Notes: generated from the sequence alone by a model not told the origin. A stretch of DNA of 24,000 nucleotides from Pseudoxanthomonas kaohsiungensis (GCF_010211765.1 NZ_PDWO01000002.1:139581-163580); one strand, 5' to 3'. Shown: positions 1 through 8,258, counted from the first letter of the stretch. Program-made: numbers and translations.

Positions 1-1
1 C

Positions 2-766
2 GCCGCCGGCATCATGCCCGCGCTGCTGATGACCGTCGTCCTGATGCTCACCGGCTACCTGGTCGCGCGCCGCCGCGGCTACGGTGTCGAGCCGTTCCCG
101 GGCTGGCGCGCCGTGGCGGTGCGGCTGGTTTCGGCGCTGCCCGGGCTGGGCCTGGTGGCGCTGATCTTCGTCGGCATCCGCGCCGGCATCTTCACCGCGG
201 TCGAGTCGGCGGCGATCGCCGTGGTCTACGCGCTGCTGGTCACCGCGGTGCTGTATCGCGAGCTGAAGTTCCGCGTGTTCCTGGAGACGGTGACCCATGC
301 GGCGCGCAGCACCGGCGTGATCCTGTTCGTGATTGCCACCGCGGCCGTGTTCGGCTGGCTGCTGGCCTACCTGCAGGTGCCCGCCGCCGCGGTGGAGTTC
401 CTGCAGTCGTTCGCGCACAGCAAGTACATGGTCCTGCTGATGATCATCGTCATGCTGCTGCTGCTGGGAACCTTCATGGACCTGGCGCCGATGATCCTGA
501 TCTGCACCCCGATCTTCCTGCCGGTGGCCAAGGCCTACGGGATCGATCCGATCCATTTCGGCCTGGTGCTGGTCCTGACCGGCGGCATCGGCCTGGTAAC
601 CCCGCCGGTGGGCTCGGTGCTGTTCATCGGCACCGCGATCGGCAAGATCTCCATCGCCGAGAGCATGCGCACGATCTGGCCGTTCTGGCTGGCCGGCCTG
701 GTCGTGCTGCTGGTCGTGGCCTTCTTCCCGCAGCTCTCGCTCTGGCTGCCGGACCTGCTGGCCTGA
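2..766 (+). CDS. TRAP transporter large permease (DctM family), 5' truncated by window edge; likely uronate/sugar-acid uptake
   Basis: Frame is open from base 2 (AAGIMPALLMTVVLM...), with hydrophobic segments and DctM-like C-terminal motifs 'MDLAPMILICTPIFLPVAKAYGIDPIHFGLVLVLTGGIGLVTPPVGSVLFIG'. Confidence 0.9.
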   Translation, partial: AAGIMPALLMTVVLMLTGYLVARRRGYGVEPFPGWRAVAVRLVSALPGLGLVALIFVGIRAGIFTAVESAAIAVVYALLVTAVLYRELKFRVFLETVTHAARSTGVILFVIATAAVFGWLLAYLQVPAAAVEFLQSFAHSKYMVLLMIIVMLLLLGTFMDLAPMILICTPIFLPVAKAYGIDPIHFGLVLVLTGGIGLVTPPVGSVLFIGTAIGKISIAESMRTIWPFWLAGLVVLLVVAFFPQLSLWLPDLLA

Positions 767-819
767 CGCGCCCGGAGCGGCGGGGCCCCCCGGACCGGCC
801 TGGACCCCGCCGCACCCGC

Positions 820-825
820 TAGAAT
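820..825 (+). promoter_or_regulatory. Candidate -10 element TAGAAT upstream of the LacI-family gene
   Basis: 'cgcTAGAATcaacg' about 28 nt before the ATG at 853; the same hexamer precedes kduI and the cardiolipin synthase gene. No clear -35 identified. Confidence 0.35.
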
Positions 826-852
826 CAACGCACCCTTCCGTCGAACCGCCCA

Positions 853-1908
853 ATGTCCGCGCGCACCCCCACCGCCCAGCCGCTCGCCCGGCCCGCCGCC
901 GGCAAGGCCGCGACCATCAATGACATCGCGCGGCTGGCGGGGGTCTCGAAGAAGACCGTCTCGCGGATCATCAACAACTCGCCGCTGGTGCGTAAGGACA
1001 CCCGGGAGAAAGTGGAAACGCTGATGCGCGAGGTCGGCTACGTGCCCGACCCGCTGGCGCGCGGCCTGGCCTTCCGCCGCTCGTTCCTGATCGGCATGGT
1101 CTACGACAACCCGACCGCCCAGTACATCGTCGACATGCAGTACGGCGCCCTGGACGCGCTGCGCGAATCGGGCTTCGAACTGGTCGTGCACCCCTGCGAC
1201 ACCCGCAGCCCCGGCTACATCGACGGCGTGCGGCGCTTCGTCCAGCAGCAGAAGCTGCACGGGGTGATGCTGATCCCGCGCGCCTCCGAGGACCAGAACC
1301 TGGCCGACATGCTCGCCGAGATGGGCTGCCGCTACACGCGCATCGTCCCGGTCGGCTTCGAGGACACCGACGGCCGGATGATCGTCACCCACGACCGCGA
1401 CGGCGCGGCCGAGGCGGCCGACTACCTGCTGACCCTGGGCCACCGCGACATCGCCCTGATCACCGGTCCGCTGGCCTACCGCTCGGCGATCGAACGCACC
1501 GAAGGCTTCGTCGGCACCCTGGCCAGGCGCGGCGTGGAGGTGCCCAAGTCGCGGATCATCGAGGCCAGCTACACCTTCGAGTCCGGCGTGGCGGCGGCCG
1601 AGAAGCTGCTGGCCGGCAAGCAGCGGCCGACCGCGATCTTCTGCGGCAACGATGAAATGGCCGCCGGCGTCTACAAGGTCGCCATGCGCGCCGGCATCAA
1701 CATACCGCGCGACCTGTCGGTGGTCGGCTACGACGACAGCCCGCTGGCGGCGCGCCTGTGGCCGTCGCTGACCTCAGTGCGCCGCCAGACCCGCGACACC
1801 GGGCGCATCGCCGCGACCATGCTGATCCGCACCGACACCGGTCCGCTCCCGGTCGCCAGCGTGCGCCCGCACCTGATCGTCCGCGACTCCTGCCAGCCTC
1901 CCGCCTGA
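853..1908 (+). CDS. LacI-family transcriptional regulator, probable regulator of the uronate/pectin genes
   Basis: N-terminal HTH 'TINDIARLAGVSKKTVSRIINNSPLVRKDTREKV' and periplasmic-binding-like C-terminal 'IFCGNDEMAAGVYKVAMRAGINIPRDLSVVGYDDSPLA'. Confidence 0.93.
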   Translation: MSARTPTAQPLARPAAGKAATINDIARLAGVSKKTVSRIINNSPLVRKDTREKVETLMREVGYVPDPLARGLAFRRSFLIGMVYDNPTAQYIVDMQYGALDALRESGFELVVHPCDTRSPGYIDGVRRFVQQQKLHGVMLIPRASEDQNLADMLAEMGCRYTRIVPVGFEDTDGRMIVTHDRDGAAEAADYLLTLGHRDIALITGPLAYRSAIERTEGFVGTLARRGVEVPKSRIIEASYTFESGVAAAEKLLAGKQRPTAIFCGNDEMAAGVYKVAMRAGINIPRDLSVVGYDDSPLAARLWPSLTSVRRQTRDTGRIAATMLIRTDTGPLPVASVRPHLIVRDSCQPPA

Positions 1909-1956
1909 CCTGATCCGACCACCGGGGGGGAGCTCCGGTCTTTTGCCGCAACGCGG

Positions 1957-1974
1957 AATGACACCGGTTACCGT
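1957..1974. promoter_or_regulatory. Candidate LacI-family operator plus downstream -10 (TAGAAT, 1982-1987) in front of kduI
   Basis: 'aatGACACCGGTTACcgt' is an imperfect palindrome around a central CCGG/CG step, as is typical of LacI-family operators, just upstream of TAGAAT. Confidence 0.4.
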
Positions 1975-2051
1975 CCTTCGCTAGAATGGTCCCAATACAA
2001 GGCCAGAGCCGCCCCCGCGTCGCTGGCGCACCGCCCCAGGAGCCCGATCCG

Positions 2052-2900
2052 ATGTACCAGAAGACCTACTACGCGACCCACCCCGGCGTCATGCAGGGCG
2101 CCAGCAACGACGAGCTGCGCGACCTGTACCTGATCGGCGAGCTGTTCGCCGCCGACGAAGTGCGGCTGAGCTACACGCACTACGAGCGCTTCGTGATCGG
2201 TGGTGCCGCGCCGGTGTCCAAGTCGGTGTCGCTGCCGAAGCAGACCGAGCCCGCCTCGGCCGCGGGCAAGCCCTTCCTGGAGCGCCGCGAGCTGGGCGTG
2301 ATCAACGTCGGCAACGGTGCAGGCACGGTCACCGTGGACGGCACCGACTACGTGCTCGGCCCGAAGGACGGCCTGTACGTGGCGATGGGCAGCGAGGACG
2401 TGAGCTTCGCCTCGGCCGACGCCGCCAACCCGGCCAAGTTCTACCTGACCTCGACCCCGGCGCACGCGCGCTTCGAGACCAAGCAGCTGTCGATCAAGGA
2501 CGCGGTGGCGCTGGAGCGCGGCGCGCTGGAAACCAGCAACGAGCGCACCATCTACCAGTTCATCGTGCCGGCCACCTGCCAGTCCTCGCAGCTGCTGCTG
2601 GGCCTGACCGTGCTCAAGCCGGGCAGCGTCTGGAACACCATGCCGCCGCACCTGCACGACCGCCGCAGCGAGGTCTACTTCTACTTCGACCTGGGCGGCA
2701 ACGACCGCGTCTACCACTTCATGGGCCAGCCGGACCAGCAGCGCCACATCGTCATGCAGAACGACGAGGCGGTCGTCTCGCCGCCGTGGTCGATCCACAT
2801 GGGCTCGGGCACCAGCAACTACGCCTTCATCTGGGCGATGGGCGGCGAGAACCTGGACTACACCGACATGAACGTGCTGGACATCTGCCAGCTGAAGTAA
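2052..2900 (+). CDS. kduI: 5-dehydro-4-deoxy-D-glucuronate isomerase (4-deoxy-L-threo-5-hexosulose-uronate ketol-isomerase)
   Basis: Full-length KduI-like protein '[54 protein letters not shown]...[18 protein letters not shown]...[10 protein letters not shown]'. Start chosen at 2052 rather than 1986 by family N-terminus. Confidence 0.95.
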   Translation: MYQKTYYATHPGVMQGASNDELRDLYLIGELFAADEVRLSYTHYERFVIGGAAPVSKSVSLPKQTEPASAAGKPFLERRELGVINVGNGAGTVTVDGTDYVLGPKDGLYVAMGSEDVSFASADAANPAKFYLTSTPAHARFETKQLSIKDAVALERGALETSNERTIYQFIVPATCQSSQLLLGLTVLKPGSVWNTMPPHLHDRRSEVYFYFDLGGNDRVYHFMGQPDQQRHIVMQNDEAVVSPPWSIHMGSGTSNYAFIWAMGGENLDYTDMNVLDICQLK

Positions 2901-2921
2901 CGCCCCGCAGGCGCAACGGGC

Positions 2922-2943
2922 GTAGAGCGGGGCTTGCCCCGCT
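2922..2943 (+). repeat. GTAG-type REP hairpin, left copy (GTAG AGCGGGG CTTG CCCCGCT)
   Basis: Perfect 7-bp stem with CTTG loop preceded by GTAG; exact inverted copy at 3005-3026. Confidence 0.8.
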
Positions 2944-3004
2944 GCTATTCCAAGCACGTACGAACAGGCCGGAGCCCAAACAGCCGGCTTCTCCACACGG
3001 CTCC

Positions 3005-3026
3005 AGCGGGGCAAGCCCCGCTCTAC
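3005..3026 (-). repeat. GTAG-type REP hairpin, right copy, inverted (AGCGGGG CAAG CCCCGCT CTAC)
   Basis: Exact reverse complement of 2922-2943; the two form a BIME-like pair in the kduI-kduD gap. Confidence 0.8.
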
Positions 3027-3038
3027 AGAGGATCTGTC

Positions 3039-3797
3039 ATGGCAAGCAACCCGTTCAGCCTCGAAGGCAAGGTCGCGCTGGTCACCGGCGCCAACACCGG
3101 CCTGGGCCAGGGCATCGCACTGGCGCTGGCCGCCGCGGGCGCCGACATCGCCGCCGCCGGCATCGTCCCCGCCGACGAGACCGGCGAGAAGGTGAAGGCC
3201 CTGGGCCGCCGCTTCCTCAACATCGAAGCGAACCTGATCAGCATCGAACCGGTCGAGCGCATCGTCGCCGAGACCGTCGCCGGCCTCGGCGGGCTCGACA
3301 TCCTGGTCAACAACGCCGGCCTGATCCGCCGCGCCGACGCGGTCGATTTCTCCGAGAAGGACTGGGACGACGTGATGAACGTCAACATCAAGTCCGCGTT
3401 CTTCATGTCGCAGGCCGCCGGCAAGCATTTCATCGCCCAGGGCCGCGGCAAGATCATCAACATCGCCTCGATGCTCTCGTTCCAGGGCGGCATCCGCGTG
3501 CCTTCGTACACCGCCTCCAAGAGCGGCATCGCCGGCATCACCCGGTTGCTGGCCAACGAGTGGGCGGCCAAGGGCGTGAACATCAACGCGATCGCGCCGG
3601 GTTACATGGCCACCGACAACACCGCCCAGCTGCGCGCCGACGAGGACCGCAACAAGGCGATCCTGGACCGCATCCCGGCCGCGCGCTGGGGCGAGCCGGC
3701 CGACCTGGGCGGCACCGCGGTGTTCCTGTCCAGCGCCGCGTCCGACTACGTCAACGGCGCGGTGATCCCGGTCGACGGCGGCTGGCTGGCGCGCTGA
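3039..3797 (+). CDS. kduD: 2-dehydro-3-deoxy-D-gluconate 5-dehydrogenase (SDR family)
   Basis: 'NPFSLEGKVALVTGANTGLGQGIALALAAAGADI', 'NNAG', YxxxK motif 'YTASKSGIAG' and adjacency to kduI. Start at 3039 chosen by homology; the ORF track start at 2934 lies in the REP region. Confidence 0.94.
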   Translation: MASNPFSLEGKVALVTGANTGLGQGIALALAAAGADIAAAGIVPADETGEKVKALGRRFLNIEANLISIEPVERIVAETVAGLGGLDILVNNAGLIRRADAVDFSEKDWDDVMNVNIKSAFFMSQAAGKHFIAQGRGKIINIASMLSFQGGIRVPSYTASKSGIAGITRLLANEWAAKGVNINAIAPGYMATDNTAQLRADEDRNKAILDRIPAARWGEPADLGGTAVFLSSAASDYVNGAVIPVDGGWLAR

Positions 3798-3814
3798 ACC
3801 CCACGTCGGGGCGC

Positions 3815-3880
3815 GCTCCGGCCGCGGTTGCGCATCCGTCGTGCCGCCGGATGCACTCTCTCCGCATCCGCGGCCGGAGC
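3815..3880 (+). promoter_or_regulatory. Structured RNA leader element: 13-bp perfect stem (3815-3827 / 3868-3880) with nested 7-bp hairpin (3832-3838 / 3848-3854)
   Basis: GCTCCGGCCGCGG pairs with CCGCGGCCGGAGC; GCATCCG pairs with CGGATGC, and CGGATGC can alternatively pair with a second GCATCCG at 3864-3870. Confidence 0.6.
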
Positions 3881-3892
3881 CAGTACCGACCC

Positions 3893-3930
3893 AGCCCCGC
3901 CCGGCACAGCCGTCAGCGGGGCTTCTTTTT
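3893..3930 (+). terminator. Intrinsic terminator or attenuator immediately upstream of the esterase-cupin gene
   Basis: AGCCCCGC (3893-3900) ... GCGGGGCT (3916-3923) followed by TCTTTTT, with inner CGGC-ACA-GCCG stem. Confidence 0.75.
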
Positions 3931-3943
3931 GCGAGTGACCACC

Positions 3944-5083
3944 ATGCACAAGCGCCTGCTGCCGATCGCCCTGGCTTTCGCCGCCCTCGCCTCGCTTGCC
4001 AGCGCGGCCGACGCATGGGCCGGGCCGCGCCGGGTGTTCATCGCCGGCGACTCCACCGCCGCCGAGTACGGACCCGAGCGCGCGCCGCGCAATGGCTGGG
4101 GCCAGCAGCTGCAGGGCTTCCTCGACCCCGCGGCCTTCGAGGTGCGCAACCACGCGATGGGCGGGCGCAGTTCGCGCAGCTTCATCGAGGAAGGCCGGCT
4201 GGAGCCGGTCGCGCGCGAGCTGCGCAAGGGCGACGTGCTGCTGATCCAGTTCGGCCACAACGATGCCAAGTACGAAGATCCGCGGCGCTACAACGAGCCC
4301 GGGCAGGCCTATCCGCAATGGCTCATGCGCTACGTGTCCCTGGCGCGCGAGCGCGGCGCGACGCCGGTCCTGCTGACTCCGGTGTCGCGGCGCGTCTGGG
4401 ACTTCGGCTCGCTGCTGGACACCCACGCCCGCTACACCCAGGCGGTGCGTGAACTGGCCGCGCGCGAACAGGTCGCACTGATCGACCTCAACGCCAGCAC
4501 CACCGACTGGCTGCGCGCGCTCGGCGACCAAGCGTCCAAGGCGTACTTCGAGCACGTGCCGGAGCGCGAGGTGCGCGACGACACCCACTTCAGCGTCGCC
4601 GGTGCGACCATGGTCGCCTGCCTGGTGGTGCGCGACTGGAAGGCGCTGGACCCGGCGCTGGGCGCACACGTGGTGCGCGACACCGACTGCGGTGCACCGG
4701 CCAGCGCGCGCGCCGACCTGGCCGCGCAGAAGAATCCGTCTTCGGTGGTGCACGAGCGCGACCTTGCGCGGCAGCAGCCGGGTCCGCATGGCGGCGCGGG
4801 CACCACCACCGCCTATCCGCTGTTCGCCGAGGCGCCGGGGCTGTCCTTCGTGATGCGCAAGCGGGTCCTGCACAAGGGCGCCGGTATCGGCCTGCACCAG
4901 CACCACAAGGACGAGATCTACTACGTGCTCGCCGGCCGCGGGCGCTACGTGCTCGATGGCAAGGTGCATGACGTGGCCGCCGGCGACGCCATGCTGACCC
5001 GCCCCGGCAGCACCCATGCGATCGAACAGGTGGGCGAGGACGACCTGGTCCTGCTGTTGGCCTACCCTGCTTCACCTCGCTGA
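3944..5083 (+). CDS. Secreted two-domain protein: SGNH/GDSL rhamnogalacturonan-acetylesterase-like hydrolase fused to C-terminal cupin_2 domain
   Basis: Signal peptide 'MHKRLLPIALAFAALASLASA'; SGNH motifs 'VFIAGDSTAAEYG', 'NHAMGGRSSRSF', 'FGHND', 'DDTHFSVAGA'; C-terminal cupin 'GIGLHQHHKDEIYYVLAGRGRYVLDGKVHDVAAGDAMLTRPGSTHAIE'. ATG at 3944 supported by signal peptide; the upstream part of the 2786..5083 ORF is not coding. Confidence 0.88.
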   Translation: MHKRLLPIALAFAALASLASAADAWAGPRRVFIAGDSTAAEYGPERAPRNGWGQQLQGFLDPAAFEVRNHAMGGRSSRSFIEEGRLEPVARELRKGDVLLIQFGHNDAKYEDPRRYNEPGQAYPQWLMRYVSLARERGATPVLLTPVSRRVWDFGSLLDTHARYTQAVRELAAREQVALIDLNASTTDWLRALGDQASKAYFEHVPEREVRDDTHFSVAGATMVACLVVRDWKALDPALGAHVVRDTDCGAPASARADLAAQKNPSSVVHERDLARQQPGPHGGAGTTTAYPLFAEAPGLSFVMRKRVLHKGAGIGLHQHHKDEIYYVLAGRGRYVLDGKVHDVAAGDAMLTRPGSTHAIEQVGEDDLVLLLAYPASPR

Positions 5084-5100
5084 ACAACTCATCATGCTGA

Positions 5101-5123
5101 AGGACAGACAGGACGTCTGTCCT
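5101..5123 (+). terminator. Hairpin downstream of esterase-cupin gene (possible terminator, no T-tract)
   Basis: Perfect 9-bp stem AGGACAGAC-AGGAC-GTCTGTCCT. Confidence 0.4.
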
Positions 5124-5451
5124 GTCCTCCTGGCCACCAGCGTTTTCCCGGATACAGCCGTCATTCCAACCTGCGCGGCTGGCAACACGCTTTTCTCCGG
5201 GGGAACACCATGGCACGCCGAGATCGTCCGCCCTATCCGATCCCTTCACCGAATCGGACCCGCCGCGATGCGGCCGCGGGCGGACACTGAGGTGCAGCGC
5301 CGATGGCACGCGGCCGGCTTGCCCGGGCGCCTTTCATCCACCTATTAACCGCCTGTCACGAAGCGTAGGCAGGCTGCGCCGACGGCCGTCCGCAAGGATG
5401 TCCGTCCCGCAAACGTCCCGTTCGCCGGGATGGCACCAGGAGCAAGGAACT

Positions 5452-6762
5452 ATGGCGGCAGTTCCCGAGATCCGACCGCGTTGCATGATCTGGCTGGGTC
5501 GCCCGGAGGCACAGGAGCGCGATGTCCTCGCCGCTGCCGGCTGGGATGTCCGCGTCATCGAGGAGCCGCGCGGAGCAAGGATCGGCCTGCGGGGTGGCGA
5601 CCGCGTCGCCGCGCTGCTCGACCTCCGCCATGCCGACGAGGCCTGGTCGGCGGCGATGCTCGACCTGCTCGCGCCGCACTCGGACCTGCCGCTGGTGATC
5701 CTGGGCGATGCCGACATGCCGCCCCGGGGTTGCCTGCTGCAACTGCGCGAGCCGCTTGACCTGGTGCAGATCCAGCGCCTTGCCAAGATCGTCGACGGCG
5801 ACACTCGGCCCAGCGTGGGCAATGGCATCGACTGCCTGGTCGGCTCGAGCACGGCGATGCTCGCCGTGCATGCGAACCTGCACAAGTTCGCGCCGGTCGA
5901 ATTGCCGGTGCTGGTGACCGGCGAGACCGGTACCGGCAAGGAGCTGGCCGCGCGCGCCCTGCACGAAATGTCGTCGCGGCGCGGCCGCCCCTTCATCGCG
6001 GTCAACTGCGGCGCCCTGCCGGCCAGCCTGGTGCAGGCCGAACTGTTCGGCCACGAGAAGGGCGCGTTCACCGGTGCCGCGGCGCGCCGGATAGGCCTGT
6101 TCGAGGCCGCCGACGGCGGCACCATCTTCCTGGACGAGATCGGCGACCTGCCCCTGGACGCGCAGACCAACCTGCTCCGCGTCCTCCAGGAAGGCACGAT
6201 CGAACGCGTCGGCAGCCACCATTCGATCCACATCGACGTGCGCGTGGTGGCCGCCACCCATGTCGACCTGGAAGAGGCGATCGCACACGGCCGCTTCCGC
6301 CAGGACCTGTTCTACCGCCTCGATGTCCTGCGCCTGCACATGCCACCGCTGCGCGAGCGGGGCGCCGACGTGGAACTGCTGGCCCGGCACTTCCTGGCCC
6401 AGTTCCGCGAACAGCACCGGGTGCGCGCCCGCGGCTTCGATGCGTCCGCCCGCCGGCAGATGCATTCGCACCGGTGGCCGGGGAATGTCCGCGAGCTGAT
6501 GAACCGGGTGCGGCGCGCGGCCGTGGTCAGCGAAAGCGAGCTGATCGACGACCAGGCGCTGCAGCTGTGCGATGGCATCGCGACCGGCGCCGACGCCCTG
6601 GGCGAAGTCCGGATCCATGCCGAGCGCGAGGCCATCTTGGCCACCCTGCGCGATTCGGGCTTCAACGTCAGCGAATGCGCGCGACGCCTGCGCGTTTCGC
6701 GAGTCACCGTCTACAGGCTGTGCAAGAAGCACCAGCTCGAGCTCGAGGCACTGCGGGTGTAG
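5452..6762 (+). CDS. Sigma54-dependent transcriptional activator (bacterial enhancer-binding protein) with atypical receiver-like N-terminal domain
   Basis: AAA+ domain with Walker A 'GETGTGKE', 'GAFTGA' loop, Walker B 'GGTIFLDEIGDL', 'WPGNVREL', and C-terminal Fis-type HTH 'NVSECARRLRVSRVTVYRLCKK'. SD-like AAGGAAC before ATG 5452. Confidence 0.93.
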   Translation: MAAVPEIRPRCMIWLGRPEAQERDVLAAAGWDVRVIEEPRGARIGLRGGDRVAALLDLRHADEAWSAAMLDLLAPHSDLPLVILGDADMPPRGCLLQLREPLDLVQIQRLAKIVDGDTRPSVGNGIDCLVGSSTAMLAVHANLHKFAPVELPVLVTGETGTGKELAARALHEMSSRRGRPFIAVNCGALPASLVQAELFGHEKGAFTGAAARRIGLFEAADGGTIFLDEIGDLPLDAQTNLLRVLQEGTIERVGSHHSIHIDVRVVAATHVDLEEAIAHGRFRQDLFYRLDVLRLHMPPLRERGADVELLARHFLAQFREQHRVRARGFDASARRQMHSHRWPGNVRELMNRVRRAAVVSESELIDDQALQLCDGIATGADALGEVRIHAEREAILATLRDSGFNVSECARRLRVSRVTVYRLCKKHQLELEALRV

Positions 6763-6862
6763 GAGCCGGGGAGACCGGACATTCGTCCGGGACAAGGCGC
6801 CCGTGGCTGGAAGCTACGGCAAGGCCGGCGCCTACGCGCTCACGCCGCCTGCAGGCTGCGCC

Positions 6863-8230
6863 CTACAACGAGTAGGGCACCCGGAAGCCGAGGGTGAAGT
6901 CAGGCGCGTCCGGCGTCAGGCCGATGCCGAGGAGGCCGACCATGGTGGCGTGGTCGCTCAGCGCGTAGGTCACGCCCAGGTTGAACAGGGCCGAGTTCGC
7001 GTCGCTGCCGATGACCTTGTTCCAGGGCTGGCCGTCGTAGCGCATCCGCGCACGGGCGCTGAGCCGGTTGCTCAGTGACATGCTGAAGCTGGTCCGCTCG
7101 TTGAAGGCGAACGCCACGCCCGCGCCGAAGTAGAACGAATCGCCCAGCTTCACGTCGCCCGGATTGACCGTGTCCGGATTGTTGTCGATGTCGTCGAAGC
7201 TGGCCTCGAACGAGTAGGTATAGCCGATGTTGCCGTACAGGATCGCCGGGTCGCTGGTCTTGACCGCGGAGACGCCGACGCTGGCCTGCCATGCGCCATT
7301 GCCGGTGGGCTGTTCGTCGGGGACGGCGAAGCGGATGAAATCGTCGTCGTCGCGCTCGAGCACCGTCCACGGGATTCCGTAGGGCTCCTGGCCGGTCGGC
7401 GCGGTGATGCCGACGTTGAGCACGGTTTCCGGACGGCCGTTGTTCTCCGGCAGCATCAGGTAGTTGCCGCTGACGGTGATGTCGCCCAGGCCGCTGCCGG
7501 TGGTTTCCTCCTGCGCGATCGCTGCCGCCGCGCCGCCGGCACCGCCCTTCTGGTAGACGGTCTTGCGCCAGAGGTAGGGCGCATCCAGGTTGAGGGTCAG
7601 CTTCGGCGTCACGCCCCAGCGCGCGGCGAAGTTGTAGTTCATGGTGTCCGACTCGACGTTCTCGATGGCGATGTTGCCGAGGAAGATCGCGTCCAGGGCG
7701 AGGAAGCCATTGAGGGTGAGCTGCTTGCGGTCGTAGCGGTTGTAGGTGAGGCCGTTCTCGATCACCAGGCGCTGGTTGAACAGGGTCCGGGTCGCCTGCT
7801 TCACATCGGCGACGCTGCGCGGCAACTCCTTGCGCGCGGCCTCCGCTTCGGCGGCGGTGCTGGCATAGCCGGCCTGCGACGGTGGCGGCGGTTCGGCGGC
7901 GGCGGCGGCCGCGGGTGCCGGGGCGGCCACGATCGGCGCGGCAACGGTCGCGGTGCCCACCGCACCCGGGGTGGCGGCCGGAACCTTGCCGGCCAGGCGC
8001 GCCTGCAGGGCCTGCACCTGCATGTCCAGCTCGCGCAACCGGCGCACTTCCTGCGCGTAGGCGGCCTTCAGTTCGGCGAGGTCTTCGGTCAGCTGGCGCA
8101 GCTCGGCTTCGTCGGCCGGTGTGCTGGCCGCCTGCGCGCACGCAGGGGGTACGAAGGACGCGGTGGCCAGGGCCGAGACCACGGCCAGGCGCAATGCAGT
8201 GGAAGGTCCCGCCGTAGTCTTCCTGCTCAC
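6863..8230 (-). CDS. FapF-like outer membrane protein: signal peptide, coiled coil, then beta-barrel (transporter-type)
   Basis: GTG start at 8230 with AAGGAGAG SD; 'AELRQLTEDLAELKAAYAQEVRRLRELDMQVQALQARL' heptad region, then beta-barrel-like alternating sequence ending 'LGFRVPYSL'. Last gene of the locus, as fapF is in Pseudomonas. Confidence 0.75.
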   Translation of the reverse strand: MSRKTTAGPSTALRLAVVSALATASFVPPACAQAASTPADEAELRQLTEDLAELKAAYAQEVRRLRELDMQVQALQARLAGKVPAATPGAVGTATVAAPIVAAPAPAAAAAAEPPPPSQAGYASTAAEAEAARKELPRSVADVKQATRTLFNQRLVIENGLTYNRYDRKQLTLNGFLALDAIFLGNIAIENVESDTMNYNFAARWGVTPKLTLNLDAPYLWRKTVYQKGGAGGAAAAIAQEETTGSGLGDITVSGNYLMLPENNGRPETVLNVGITAPTGQEPYGIPWTVLERDDDDFIRFAVPDEQPTGNGAWQASVGVSAVKTSDPAILYGNIGYTYSFEASFDDIDNNPDTVNPGDVKLGDSFYFGAGVAFAFNERTSFSMSLSNRLSARARMRYDGQPWNKVIGSDANSALFNLGVTYALSDHATMVGLLGIGLTPDAPDFTLGFRVPYSL

Positions 8231-8258
8231 CCTTGTCTCTCCTTGTCGGGCTGCCGCC

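Noticed and set aside
1968-4016. 682-aa plus-strand ORF across kduI/kduD and similar long alternative-frame ORFs (e.g. 535-1443, 9807-11603, 11455-12546)
   Set aside because: Shadow ORFs typical of very high GC DNA; compositionally biased (Arg/Ala/Gly/Pro), no recognisable domains, and overlap well-supported genes on the other frame or strand.
2786-5083. 765-aa ORF suggesting a giant protein starting inside kduI
   Set aside because: Only the part from ATG 3944 has a signal peptide and domains; the upstream portion overlaps kduI and kduD in another frame.
5213-5228. TGGCACGCCGAGATC as a sigma54 promoter
   Set aside because: Good -24 half but no GC dinucleotide at the correct -12 distance.
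5016-5348. 110-aa ORF in the gap before the activator gene
   Set aside because: No SD, low-complexity translation, overlaps the 3' end of the esterase-cupin gene and a hairpin; more likely non-coding.
5430-5446. TGGCACC...GCAAGG as a sigma54 promoter before the activator gene
   Set aside because: No GC at the required -12 spacing; it overlaps the ribosome binding region.
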